Part shown: positions 48,665-58,350 of the stretch, piece by piece | Numbering within the stretch: position 1 is the stretch's first letter | Layout: every line of letters starts with the position of its first letter | NCBI GenBank assembly: GCA_016929295.1 | Contig: JAFGJB010000008.1 | Location: 12,917 to 76,916 of the forward strand | Length of the DNA: 64,000 nucleotides | Reading direction: 5' to 3' | Origin: Candidatus Zhuqueibacterota bacterium | GTDB lineage: Bacteria > Zhuqueibacterota > Zhuqueibacteria > Residuimicrobiales > Krinioviventaceae | Program-made: the position numbers and the translations under genes | Notes under the pieces: model-generated | The model's database searches: none | What the model saw: the letters and a program-made list of their open reading frames with translations, nothing else | What the model was told of the DNA's origin: nothing

Positions 48665-50166
48665 ATATGACAGATTGGGTAAAGCAACAGTTGAATAGCA
48701 AGATATTTCGGCGTCTGTTTTTTGCCATCCTGGCAGCGGCAGAGGTGCCGATGATCCTGGTTATTCTCCTCAATCCGCATAGCTGGTTCTCCGATAGCCG
48801 CAGCTTTGTCGCAAATGCTGTCAATGTTTTGCTTTTTCTGTTGCTGGCCGCAGTTGTATCAGGTGTAATCGCTTTTTTTCTCTCTCGCTATCTCACAATG
48901 CCGATCTCTGAATTTGAAAAGAGTGCGACAAAAATTGCCCGCGGTGATTTTTCTCACGAGATCACTGTTCAAAGCGATAACGAGATCGGAAGATTGGCAA
49001 AGCTTTTTAATTACATGACGCTCGAACTCCGCCGCCTTGATCGGATGAATCTGGCGAAAATAATTGAAGAAAAACGTAAACTTGAGACGATAATTAAAAA
49101 TATTGCCGATGGCGTCATCGTCACGGATCCGCGATTGAATGTCTCGGTTTTGAATGACTCCATCCGCAAATGGTATAATCTGCAGGATGAGGTCATCGAT
49201 TCAAAACCGTTGACCGATTATATTGAAGAACCGAAACTCGTTCAGTTGATCGAGGATGCTTCAAACCGAAAGCGTAAAATACTGCCCGGCGTCGAGATGG
49301 CGGTCAAGCCGGAAGGGGAATGGAAGACCCGCATCCTGCAGGGGCGAGCGGCGCGCGTGCTGCAAGATGACGGCGTTCTCATCGGTGTTGTGACAATTTT
49401 ACGTGACGTGACCCAGCAAAAAGAAATAGATCGCATGAAGACCGAGCTCGTCTCCATGGTGGCGCATGAGCTGCGCTCCCCGCTCACCAGTATTTCCGGT
49501 TTTAGTGAGCTGCTGCTGGATGATGATATCACACGTGAACAGTCGGAAGAATATGCTCGTATCATCCTGACCGAAGCATCGCGCTTGAGTGACCTGATCA
49601 ACAAGTTTCTCGATATTTCACGGATTGAATCAGGTCGCATTCAACCAAAAAAAGCAGAAATCGATCTGAACGAAACTGTGCAAATGGTCGTTGGCAACAA
49701 CTCTTACCTTGCCGGAAAGAAGAATATTGAAGTTGAGGTCCATGAGTCGCCGGATATGGCGCTTGTTTATGCGGACAGCGGCATGATGGAACAGGTTTTT
49801 TTGAATCTGTTCTCGAATGCGATCAAGTACAGTCATGAAAACACGCGCATTGACATTGTTGTCAAAAATACGGAACGAAATGTCATTGTCGAGGTGCATG
49901 ATCAGGGCTTTGGCATTCCGCGGGAAGCGCTGCCCAAAATATTTGACAAGTTTTATCGCGTGACAGATGACCAAAAAGTTCGCGAAGTCACCGGGTCGGG
50001 ACTAGGGCTGTCCCTCGTCAAGCAGATCGTTGATATGCACAATGGCCATATGGAAGTGGACAGCGAGATTGGTAAGGGCTCTGTTTTCACCGTGTTGTTG
50101 CCAAAGATGAACGGCAAGCGGATTGAAAATATTGTCGTCGAAGATTCCGAAGATATCATCCACTAG
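48658..50166 (+). CDS. Sensor histidine kinase (TM, HAMP, PAS, HisKA, HATPase)
   Basis: H-box MVAHELRSPLTSISGF, N-box LFSNAIKYS and G-boxes HDQGFGIP and GSGLGLSL. It overlaps the response regulator stop by 7 nt. Confidence 0.85.
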   Translation: MLNMTDWVKQQLNSKIFRRLFFAILAAAEVPMILVILLNPHSWFSDSRSFVANAVNVLLFLLLAAVVSGVIAFFLSRYLTMPISEFEKSATKIARGDFSHEITVQSDNEIGRLAKLFNYMTLELRRLDRMNLAKIIEEKRKLETIIKNIADGVIVTDPRLNVSVLNDSIRKWYNLQDEVIDSKPLTDYIEEPKLVQLIEDASNRKRKILPGVEMAVKPEGEWKTRILQGRAARVLQDDGVLIGVVTILRDVTQQKEIDRMKTELVSMVAHELRSPLTSISGFSELLLDDDITREQSEEYARIILTEASRLSDLINKFLDISRIESGRIQPKKAEIDLNETVQMVVGNNSYLAGKKNIEVEVHESPDMALVYADSGMMEQVFLNLFSNAIKYSHENTRIDIVVKNTERNVIVEVHDQGFGIPREALPKIFDKFYRVTDDQKVREVTGSGLGLSLVKQIVDMHNGHMEVDSEIGKGSVFTVLLPKMNGKRIENIVVEDSEDIIH

Positions 50167-50174
50167 GGCGTTTT

Positions 50175-51128
50175 TCACTCGATGGCGAGCTTGCCTTGAT
50201 GCAAAATTATCTTGCTGTCGATTTCGACCGTTGATTTGTAAATAACTGCATCGAGATGCAGTGGAACATCATTCGTACCGCCGAATGATATGTTGTTGCC
50301 CAACGCTACATGCGTTGTCCCCAATACTTTCTCATCTTCCAGGGCGTACCCGGAAATGTGCGCTGTGTCGTTTGTCCCTATGCCGAATTCGGCCACCAGA
50401 CGATTGTCGCTGCCATATTTTGATAAATACTGACTCAATTTGCGCGCCGTCGCTCCTCCACTGATCCGCACAGCGCGACCGTCTTTAATGACGATGGTCA
50501 GCCGCTCCTGATCACTTGGATTGACACCCATACCGCTATCCACCACCAGTTGGCCGTGGCAGAGTCCATCATCCGGCGCTATGCTCGCCTTGCCGGCCGG
50601 CAGGTCGGAGAAAGCCCCGGGAGTGTCCGCGATGCCGGTGTCAGAATAGCCTTGACGATTTTTTATCGGGATGATCATATCCGTACCGTTGGGGGCTGTC
50701 AGATGAACCTCTTTTGCCATCGACAGGATATCCGCCATTTTTTTGCTGCGACTCACTATCCTTTCAACGTTCATGGAGGCAATGCGAGAAAATGTGTTCA
50801 GGTTAATATCCGGCATGCTGATGATTCTTGCGCCGGCGCGACACGCCTGTCTGCGGGCATGGGTGTGGGAGATGGATGGAGATGTCACAGCAAATATGAC
50901 ATTCATGGCCTGTAACAATTTGGCGACTGCCGCGGGAAGAGACTCCTGTGGCGTCAGATGGGAAAGCTGCAACAGAAGCGCTTTATTGGTCCTCTTTGCG
51001 CAGGCTTGAAAAAGAATGTTCGCAACATCAAGCAACGGCTCGGTGACGAGAATCAGCACAGCTTCGTCCCGTTTCAAATCAACGCATCTGTTCACGATCG
51101 TCTGCGCGGCTTTTTCGTACCTCGTCAT
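50175..51128 (-). CDS. M29-family (aminopeptidase T-like) metallopeptidase homologue, second paralog
   Basis: 317 aa with SDLPAGKASIAP, AEFGIGTND, LEDEKVLGTTHVALGNN and VPLHLDAVI. Confidence 0.6.
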   Translation of the reverse strand: MTRYEKAAQTIVNRCVDLKRDEAVLILVTEPLLDVANILFQACAKRTNKALLLQLSHLTPQESLPAAVAKLLQAMNVIFAVTSPSISHTHARRQACRAGARIISMPDINLNTFSRIASMNVERIVSRSKKMADILSMAKEVHLTAPNGTDMIIPIKNRQGYSDTGIADTPGAFSDLPAGKASIAPDDGLCHGQLVVDSGMGVNPSDQERLTIVIKDGRAVRISGGATARKLSQYLSKYGSDNRLVAEFGIGTNDTAHISGYALEDEKVLGTTHVALGNNISFGGTNDVPLHLDAVIYKSTVEIDSKIILHQGKLAIE

Positions 51129-51464
51129 TATTTCTCCTGCTGGAATTAATTTGATATCAGTGCCAACGGCACAGTTGATAATTTACTCGCTGCAAAATCA
51201 ACGTGCTCTTAACCCCAGACGTTCGTCTTCCGCTTCGCTGCCGACGACCCTGAGCCCCCTTGGCGTCAACCGCTCCGTGTCGCGACCGCTTCATCTGTCC
51301 CAAGTACTCGTCCCACATGTGACAAAATCGCCAGATAAAATAAGAAATGCGCAACTGAATGGCAAGCAGATTTAATGAAAAATGCAGAGTTATCTGCGCT
51401 CAAGCTCTTTGCCAATGAACCCTTTGATTTTATCTCTTTTTTTTGTATATTTACAGGTTTTAAT

Positions 51465-52265
51465 ATGGCGCTTTTAACTGACATCAGTCTCGGTCAATAT
51501 TATCCGGGTGATTCTTTTATTCATCGTCTGGATCCACGGACTAAATTGATATGCGTCCTGTGCTGTATGACGGCGTTGCTCATCACCGTAGCGCCAGTGA
51601 TATTGCTTGGCTTTGCCGTACTGACCATACTTGTCATCACGACGGCGCAGCTTCCTGTGTCGCTCGTGTTGAAAAATGTTCGGCCGTTCATCTGGCTTTT
51701 TTTTCTCACTATTCTCGTGCATCTTTTTTGGACGCCCGGGCGAGTTGTTGTGACCATTCCGCTAGTGGATCTGGGTATCACCTACCAGGGTCTCACGCTT
51801 GGACTCGTCTATTCGCTCCGCCTGATGATGCTGCTCATTTTAGCGGCGCTTTTGACTCTCACAACATCTCCGATCGAGTTAACCGATGCGCTGGAAAAGA
51901 TGATCGGGCCGCTCAAGCGGTTCAAAGTGCCAACGCATGAGATCGTCATGATGTTGACCCTGTCGCTTCGGTTCATACCAACGCTCATCGAAGAGGCGCA
52001 ACGCTTGAAGAACGCGCAGGTGTCACGCGGTGCATCTTTTGACGGCCATTTGGTTCAGCGCATGAAAAGTATCGTGCCGCTCATTTTGCCGCTGTTCATA
52101 TCGGCATTTCGTCGCGCCGATGAGCTGGCACTAGCGATGGATTCGCGCTGCTATACAGGTGGAGAAGGTCGCACGAGTTTTCGCAAACTGGCTTTTAAAA
52201 CGGCCGACTATGCTGTTTTGATTGTTGTGATGACATTGCTGCTGCTTTTGTTTACCTTTTTCTGA
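51465..52265 (+). CDS. ecfT: Energy-coupling factor transporter transmembrane component EcfT (CbiQ family)
   Basis: MALLTDISLGQYYPGDSFIHRLDPRTKL is a typical EcfT N-terminus, with 5 or more TM. ecfT-truA adjacency is conserved. Confidence 0.8.
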   Translation: MALLTDISLGQYYPGDSFIHRLDPRTKLICVLCCMTALLITVAPVILLGFAVLTILVITTAQLPVSLVLKNVRPFIWLFFLTILVHLFWTPGRVVVTIPLVDLGITYQGLTLGLVYSLRLMMLLILAALLTLTTSPIELTDALEKMIGPLKRFKVPTHEIVMMLTLSLRFIPTLIEEAQRLKNAQVSRGASFDGHLVQRMKSIVPLILPLFISAFRRADELALAMDSRCYTGGEGRTSFRKLAFKTADYAVLIVVMTLLLLLFTFF

Positions 52266-52305
52266 TGATATAAAGTGTCGATCTGAACGGATATTTGAAC
52301 CGCTT

Positions 52306-53037
52306 ATGCGGAATATAAAGTTAATCATCGAATACGATGGCACCGATTTTTGCGGTTATCAGATCCAGGACAATGATCGAACGGTGCAAGCAGAATTACA
52401 GCGTTCTTTGTCAATGTTGACCAATGAAACGATTCGATTGACTGCCGCCGGTCGGACAGATGCGGGTGTGCATGCTCTCGGTCAGGTTGTTAATTTTACC
52501 ACCGAAAGCACTTTGCCACTGGAAGCTTTTCTTCGAGGTGGAAATACCCGACTGCCCAAAGATATTCTCATTCTGCACGCGGAAGATGTGCCCCAAGCTT
52601 TTCACGCCCGCTATTCGGCAAAGCGGCGCATCTATCGCTACCTGATTTCGACCAGGAGGAAAGCTGTCGGTCGTCAATACGCCTGGTATTACTGGAGCCT
52701 CCTTGATTTGGAAAAAATGAATGCAGCGTGTGCTCAAATATTGGGAGTTCACGATTTTCAAAGTTTTTGCCAGGCAAAGGCAGATGTCAACCATTATGAT
52801 TGTGATGTTCGCTACGCTTTCTGGCATCAAGCCAGGGAGTATCTTGTGTTTGAGATTTGTGCCAATCGTTTTCTTCACAATATGGTGCGAACACTCGTTG
52901 GCACGATGGTTGAAATCGGTGATGTGAGACTGAATCAATCAGTGAACATGATTGATATATTGCAGGCTAAAAGTCGAGATGCGGCCGGACCGACGGCGCC
53001 GGCTCTGGGTCTCTATTTGGTCAAAGTGGACTATTAA
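52306..53037 (+). CDS. truA: tRNA pseudouridine(38-40) synthase TruA
   Basis: LIIEYDGTDFCGYQIQ and RLTAAGRTDAGVHALGQVVNF, including the catalytic Asp. Confidence 0.9.
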   Translation: MRNIKLIIEYDGTDFCGYQIQDNDRTVQAELQRSLSMLTNETIRLTAAGRTDAGVHALGQVVNFTTESTLPLEAFLRGGNTRLPKDILILHAEDVPQAFHARYSAKRRIYRYLISTRRKAVGRQYAWYYWSLLDLEKMNAACAQILGVHDFQSFCQAKADVNHYDCDVRYAFWHQAREYLVFEICANRFLHNMVRTLVGTMVEIGDVRLNQSVNMIDILQAKSRDAAGPTAPALGLYLVKVDY

Positions 53038-53156
53038 ACTTTTTGCAGGATTATTTGTCTTGTCTCGTAAAGTGATAATTCAAATGAGCGCATCGCGATT
53101 GAAATGAACGCTCGCATCCCTTTTTCCTCTTGTGATTTGATAGAGGAGATGAATGC

Positions 53157-54365
53157 ATGAAAACCGGAATGAAAATTATTTTTGCATTTTGCTTCGGCGC
53201 CCTCCTGACGATTTTTCTTGTGCTGTTTTGCACGAATCGCTCGAGTGAGCAAACGGCCAATCTCTTGCAAAGCACTGCCGCTAAGGCGCATCCAGCATCC
53301 GCTAACCTGGATCGTATTCTACAGCAGGATGCCGTTGCAAACTCGCGTCAGAACGCCATCACAAATGCCATCGCACGCGTTAGCCCGGCCGTCGTCAGCA
53401 TCAATACGCGCAAGATTGAAGAGTACTATCAACAAAATCCATTGGCCATTGATCCGTTCTGGCAATATTTTTTCCCGCGCTACAACCGCGTCATGCAGGA
53501 GGTTCACGCCCTGGGCTCTGGATTTCTTTTTTCCCCGAACGGTCATATTTTGACGAACCAGCATGTCATCAACGCCGCGCGGGAAATTATCGTGACATTG
53601 CCGGGCGGAGAGGAGTACAAAGCCGAATTGGCCGGCGAAGATTTCAAATCGGACGTCGCCGTATTGAAGATCGACGGAAAAAATTTTCCCTACATACCAA
53701 TGGGCAATTCGGATGATATCATCATCGGCGAATGGGCCATCGCCATCGGTAATCCTTTTGGCCTTTTCGATGTTTTCGCCAAACCGACCGTCACTGTCGG
53801 CGTCATCAGTGCTACGGATCAGGATTTTGGCCGCCAAAGCAATCAGCGAGTGTACGAAGATATGATACAGACCGATGCCGCCATCAACTCCGGCAATAGC
53901 GGCGGCCCGCTGGTGAACAGCGAGGGAAACGTCATCGGGATGAACGCATTCATCTTTACCGGCAGCCAGGACATCGGCACCAGCATCGGCCTGGGTTTTG
54001 CATTGCCCATCAACCGGGTGAAAGAGGTTGCGCAAGAATTGCTGACGCACGGCTCAATACCAAAGGATTTGTGGTCGGGACTGCAATATCAGGATATCAC
54101 CAACTCAATGGCCCTTTTGCTGCGCTTGAATTCTACGCAAGGCGTCATTGTCACCGATGTCGAGCGAAACAGTCCATGGGATGACGCAGGACTGCAAGCA
54201 GAAGATGTGATTCTGGAAATAAACGGCAACCGACTGCGTTCAAGCGCCGAATTTGATGGGCTGAAGGAGAGCCTCAAACTGAAGGTGGGCGATGAACTGG
54301 AGCTGACTGTCTACCGCAATCGCCGCATCTATAGCGCACGGGTGAAATTCAAGGGTCAAGGATGA
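53157..54365 (+). CDS. htrA: HtrA/DegP-family periplasmic serine endoprotease (S1C) with one PDZ domain
   Basis: Signal/TM N-terminus. Catalytic triad regions LTNQHVI, DVAVLKI and GNSGGPLVN. PDZ domain at the C-terminus. Confidence 0.85.
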   Translation: MKTGMKIIFAFCFGALLTIFLVLFCTNRSSEQTANLLQSTAAKAHPASANLDRILQQDAVANSRQNAITNAIARVSPAVVSINTRKIEEYYQQNPLAIDPFWQYFFPRYNRVMQEVHALGSGFLFSPNGHILTNQHVINAAREIIVTLPGGEEYKAELAGEDFKSDVAVLKIDGKNFPYIPMGNSDDIIIGEWAIAIGNPFGLFDVFAKPTVTVGVISATDQDFGRQSNQRVYEDMIQTDAAINSGNSGGPLVNSEGNVIGMNAFIFTGSQDIGTSIGLGFALPINRVKEVAQELLTHGSIPKDLWSGLQYQDITNSMALLLRLNSTQGVIVTDVERNSPWDDAGLQAEDVILEINGNRLRSSAEFDGLKESLKLKVGDELELTVYRNRRIYSARVKFKGQG

Positions 54366-55657
54366 TCGCTCGATACACACGGCCGGAAATGGGCTCCATC
54401 TGGAGCGACGATAACAAGTTTCGCACCTGGCTGCAGGTTGAAATCGCTGTCTGTGAAGCTCAGGCAGAGCTGGGCCGTATCCCCTATGATGCACTGCAAG
54501 TCATTCGTGAAAAGGCGAATTTCAATGTCGATAGAATATTGGAGATCGAAGCCGGCGTTCATCATGATGTCATCGCGTTTCTGACGAACGTGGCCGAATA
54601 CGTCGGGCCGGAATCGAGGTACATCCATCTGGGATTGACATCATCCGATCTGCTCGATACGGCCCTGGCTGTCCAACTCGAGCAGGCTTCCGAGATCATT
54701 TTACAGGATTTGCACAACTTGATAAGCGCTCTCCGGGAGGGTGCCTTGAACTATAAGAATACGGTGTGCATTGGCCGAAGCCATGGAATCCATGCGGAAC
54801 CGACCACTTTCGGCCTCAAAATGGCTTTGTGGTATGATGAAATGAAGAGAAATCTTGCTCGCTTTGAGCGCGCGCGCCGCGCCGTCGCGCGAGGAATGGT
54901 GTCCGGCGCTGTCGGAACATATGCGTTTGTTGATCCGCAGGTTCAGGAGATCGTCTGCAGCAAGCTTGGTCTGGGCTCGACACCCATTTCAACCCAGGTC
55001 ATCCAGCGCGACATTCATGCTGACTATATGACTGTGCTGGCACTCATTGGCGCGACAATGGAAAAAATTGCCATTGAAATCCGCCATCTTCAGCGCACCG
55101 AAGTGCAGGAGGTCGAGGAGCCCTTTGCGCACGGTCAAAAAGGTTCTTCCGCCATGCCGCATAAACGCAATCCCGTTGCCAGCGAAAATCTGACCGGCAT
55201 CGCTCGATTGCTGCGCGCTAACGCCATTGCGGCGTTGGAAAATGTGGCCTTGTGGCATGAACGTGATATCAGTCATTCCTCGGTAGAACGCGTTATCATG
55301 CCGGACAGCACGATTCTCGTCGATTATGGATTGGCCAGAATAACTCGTCTTTTGCGCAATCTTGTCGTTCATGCCGACACGATGCGGAAAAATCTGTGGC
55401 TGACCAAAGGGCTGATTTTTTCTCAGGCTGTGCTGCTAGCGCTGACCGAGCACGGCATGAGTCGCGAAACAGCCTATGAGATCGTGCAGAATGATGCAAT
55501 GCACTGTTGGCGAAGCGATGAAGACTTTAGGACAATCCTCAGCAGAGATGCTGCAGTCGCAAACATTCTCACAGCACAACAAATCGACGCCTGTTTTGAT
55601 GAACAACGCGCTCTGCGACATGTTGACTATATTTTCACTAAAGTTGGCCTGCAATAA
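54362..55657 (+). CDS. purB: Adenylosuccinate lyase
   Basis: 431 aa. N-terminus YTRPEMGSIWSDDNKFRTWLQVEIAVCEAQ, plus fumarate-lyase signature regions. A 4-nt ATGA overlap with htrA. Confidence 0.9.
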   Translation: MIARYTRPEMGSIWSDDNKFRTWLQVEIAVCEAQAELGRIPYDALQVIREKANFNVDRILEIEAGVHHDVIAFLTNVAEYVGPESRYIHLGLTSSDLLDTALAVQLEQASEIILQDLHNLISALREGALNYKNTVCIGRSHGIHAEPTTFGLKMALWYDEMKRNLARFERARRAVARGMVSGAVGTYAFVDPQVQEIVCSKLGLGSTPISTQVIQRDIHADYMTVLALIGATMEKIAIEIRHLQRTEVQEVEEPFAHGQKGSSAMPHKRNPVASENLTGIARLLRANAIAALENVALWHERDISHSSVERVIMPDSTILVDYGLARITRLLRNLVVHADTMRKNLWLTKGLIFSQAVLLALTEHGMSRETAYEIVQNDAMHCWRSDEDFRTILSRDAAVANILTAQQIDACFDEQRALRHVDYIFTKVGLQ

Positions 55658-55690
55658 TACTTTTTTCACAACTTTCATCGAAAGGAGCGA

Positions 55691-56350
55691 GTGTTGAAAA
55701 AAATAATTTTACAGGATGGCAAAGCTCTGTACGAAACCGACAATGAAGATGAAATATTGTTAAAATATACGGATGACCTGGTCGACAATAAAGGCAACGT
55801 AAAAGGATCCGTTAAGAACAAGGCCGCCATCAATGCTGCTATCGCCGCGCATATTTTCAAGCTGCTCTCAAGCTATCACATCCCCACATTCTACAAAAGC
55901 CAAAAATCGGCCAAAGAATTACTGCTCAAAAAAGCGCAGCTGTTTCCATTGCGCCTGCTGATAAGCCAGGAAAAGACGGACGATGAGCCGACGCCGGTGG
56001 CGAAATACGAGTCGTTGACAAACGATACGGCGACTCCAATGACTGCTGATCAGATCATAGCCGCCACAATTTTATCGGTGCAACAGCTGGCTGATATACA
56101 TCGATATGCACTGAAAATCAATGTCTTGTTGCGTAATTTTTTTGCGCGTCGGGGGCTCGAACTGCTCGATTTCTCGATTCAGTTTGGTCTTGTCAACGGC
56201 AAGGTCGCTGTATGCAGTGATTTCACCCCGGATACTTGTGAGTTGAAGGACAATGAGTCAAAAATCAAATTGAAAAAATCCTATCTTGTTTCGCACATCG
56301 ATGATGCCTCTGGTCTGTATGAACTTTTGCATCAGAAAATCATGTTTTAG
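55691..56350 (+). CDS. purC: SAICAR synthetase (PurC) homologue, divergent
   Basis: DGKALYETDNEDEILLKYTDD aligns to B. subtilis YEGKAKKIYKTDDENTLYVVYKD. LELLDFSIQFGL aligns to RLIDFKLEFGL, and TPDTCELKDNES to SPDTCRLWDKET. Substitutions fall in the GKAK, RN and RLWD motifs. The start is GTG at 55691 or TTG at 55694. Confidence 0.55.
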   Translation: MLKKIILQDGKALYETDNEDEILLKYTDDLVDNKGNVKGSVKNKAAINAAIAAHIFKLLSSYHIPTFYKSQKSAKELLLKKAQLFPLRLLISQEKTDDEPTPVAKYESLTNDTATPMTADQIIAATILSVQQLADIHRYALKINVLLRNFFARRGLELLDFSIQFGLVNGKVAVCSDFTPDTCELKDNESKIKLKKSYLVSHIDDASGLYELLHQKIMF

Positions 56351-56365
56351 TGGGATGGGGGCGTT

Positions 56366-57016
56366 TTGAGTCGAGAAGGATTACCAATAATTCTGGGCCT
56401 GGGGACCTTTTGCGTCCTGGTCGGCTGGTTTGGACTGCACAGTCAGACGATATATTTGCTAGTGGTGGCGTCTATCGCTGCGCTGCTTCTCCTGTTTGTG
56501 CTCTATTTTTTTCGCGATCCAAGACGAACACCGCCGAACATGGTGAGGGGTGTTGTCTCTCCGGCAGATGGTCAAGTCATCGCCATTGATCAGGTTCACG
56601 AGAAAGAATTCATCGAGGGAAAAGCGACGCGAATCGCTATCTTTATGTCACTGTTCAACGTGCATGTGAATTATGTGCCGTTCAAGGGAAGGGTCGACTA
56701 TATTCGCTATAACCATGGCGCTTTTTTAAGGGCAAATCTGCCGGAGGCTTCGACGCAGAATGCGCATATTTTGACCGGCCTCGAGACTTTATATGGGAAA
56801 ATTGCTTTCAAACAGGCCACCGGCATGGTGGCACGTCGAATTGTGAATCATTTAAAACTGGATGCTAAAGTCGAGACCGGCGACAAGTTTGGCATGATCA
56901 AGTTTGGTTCGCGAATGGAGGTCTATTTGACCACCAGTGCGGAAATTAAGGTGAAAGTCGGCGATCGTGTACGCGCCTGTGAATCTATTATCGCGGAATT
57001 TTATGAAGCCCACTAG
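56366..57016 (+). CDS. psd: Phosphatidylserine decarboxylase proenzyme (short, archaetidylserine-type)
   Basis: TTG start. N-terminal TM. FGSR self-cleavage site near the C-terminus (GDKFGMIKFGSRMEVYL). Confidence 0.8.
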   Translation: MSREGLPIILGLGTFCVLVGWFGLHSQTIYLLVVASIAALLLLFVLYFFRDPRRTPPNMVRGVVSPADGQVIAIDQVHEKEFIEGKATRIAIFMSLFNVHVNYVPFKGRVDYIRYNHGAFLRANLPEASTQNAHILTGLETLYGKIAFKQATGMVARRIVNHLKLDAKVETGDKFGMIKFGSRMEVYLTTSAEIKVKVGDRVRACESIIAEFYEAH

Positions 57017-57776
57017 ACCATATATAACTGTTGCGAACGTGCTGACAACGATCAATCTTTTTTGCGGCTTTTTAGCTGTGACCATGGTCGTTTCCGGCAA
57101 CTATGTCGCTGCCGCCTGGATAATTTTACTGGCCGGCGTATTTGATGCTTTGGACGGACCGATTGCTCGCGCCGCAGGCCAGGATTCCGATTTTGGTTTG
57201 CAAATGGACTCGTTGTCCGATGTTGTCTCTGCGGGGATTGCGCCATCGCTGCTGATATACGAGTACGCTTTAAAATATATCAGCGCCCGCATGGCCGTTG
57301 GACTGATGGTGGGATTCTTGCCGCTTTTTTTTGCCGCCTTCCGGCTGGCAAGGTATAATGTGATGACGCAACGGGAAGGTCATAAAACCTATTACACTGG
57401 CCTGCCGGCGCCAATGGCGGCGGCCTCGCTCGCCAGTTTGGTGATTTTGCATCACAATGTCGGATGGCCATTCCTGCTGCGCTTTATGGTCATCATGACC
57501 ATCGCCGTTTCGTTGGCAATGGGCAGTCACTTGAAATATGAGGGATTTCCCCGTTTTTCCGTCAAGACCGGGGGTGGCAATCGTTTCAAGTTGATCATAT
57601 TTTTTTGTGCCTTGTTGAGCCTTTTTATATTCCCCGAAATAACCCCGTTTATTTTTATGATGCTCTACTTTTTATCTGGCCTGGTGAAATTCTTTTATAA
57701 TCTGTTCGCGGAGCGCGGCGTTGCAGATGAGCTGCTCGAACCGGAGGAACTCATCGTCGACCAGCAACTCCAATGA
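57003..57776 (+). CDS. pssA: CDP-diacylglycerol--serine O-phosphatidyltransferase
   Basis: CDP-alcohol phosphatidyltransferase motif DALDGPIARAAGQDSDFGLQMDSLSD. Start at MKPTRPYITVANV. It overlaps the psd end by 14 nt. Confidence 0.85.
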   Translation: MKPTRPYITVANVLTTINLFCGFLAVTMVVSGNYVAAAWIILLAGVFDALDGPIARAAGQDSDFGLQMDSLSDVVSAGIAPSLLIYEYALKYISARMAVGLMVGFLPLFFAAFRLARYNVMTQREGHKTYYTGLPAPMAAASLASLVILHHNVGWPFLLRFMVIMTIAVSLAMGSHLKYEGFPRFSVKTGGGNRFKLIIFFCALLSLFIFPEITPFIFMMLYFLSGLVKFFYNLFAERGVADELLEPEELIVDQQLQ

Positions 57777-57870
57777 ACATATTGCTTGCAATTGTGTGAA
57801 ATCTACTATATATTTATCAATTGTATTGGCCAGTGATGGAGACATTGGGCTATCAGACGGAGGAGTGACT

Positions 57871-58044
57871 ATGTTTCCTGCAGTAGGTATGCCGGAAATG
57901 CTCGTTATCATGGTCGTGATTCTGCTGCTATTCGGATCAAAACGATTGCCTGAATTGGCACGCGGCATCGGCAAGAGTATTCGCGAGTTCAAAAAAGCTG
58001 CCGAGGATGTCCGACGTGAGATCGACGTTACCGATGATAAATAA
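57871..58044 (+). CDS. tatA: Twin-arginine translocase protein TatA/E
   Basis: 58 aa with an N-terminal TM then an amphipathic helix (MLVIMVVILLLFGSKRLPELARGIGKSIREFKK). GGAGG SD. A TTGCTT-16-TACTAT promoter lies at about 57783-57810. Confidence 0.85.
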   Translation: MFPAVGMPEMLVIMVVILLLFGSKRLPELARGIGKSIREFKKAAEDVRREIDVTDDK

Positions 58045-58080
58045 ATTACTTTGTCAGAGTAGTCAACGAGGAGAATTTTT

Positions 58081-58263
58081 ATGTTTGGTGGATTAGGCCC
58101 CCCTGAAATCATCATCATCTTTTTGGTGATTGTCTTGCTGTTCGGCGGCAAAAAATTGCCCGAACTGGCGAAAGGTCTTGGCAAAGGCATCAGAGAATTT
58201 AAAAAAGCACAGACGGAGGAAGAGTCAAAAGAGGAAGAGAAGAAGAAAATTATCAACGAATAA
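58081..58263 (+). CDS. tatA: Twin-arginine translocase protein TatA/E, second tandem paralog
   Basis: 60 aa ([33 protein letters not shown]) with an acidic/Lys-rich tail. Confidence 0.85.
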   Translation: MFGGLGPPEIIIIFLVIVLLFGGKKLPELAKGLGKGIREFKKAQTEEESKEEEKKKIINE

Positions 58264-58288
58264 TACATTTTTTTTCTCTAAAAACATC

Positions 58289-58327
58289 AAACGGCGTCGC
58301 GGATTTTATTCTGCGTACGCCGTTTTG
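58289..58327 (+). terminator. Probable Rho-independent terminator after the second tatA
   Basis: AACGGCGT-N19-ACGCCGTT followed by TTGCAC. The U-tract is short. Confidence 0.45.
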
Positions 58328-58350
58328 CACTGATAGAGCAAAGCTCAGGC

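Noticed and set aside
51129-51464. Possible riboswitch or ncRNA upstream of ecfT
   Set aside because: The region is GC-rich with some local hairpins, but I could not match it to any known riboswitch consensus (TPP, THF, preQ1, cobalamin) by eye. It is left uncalled.
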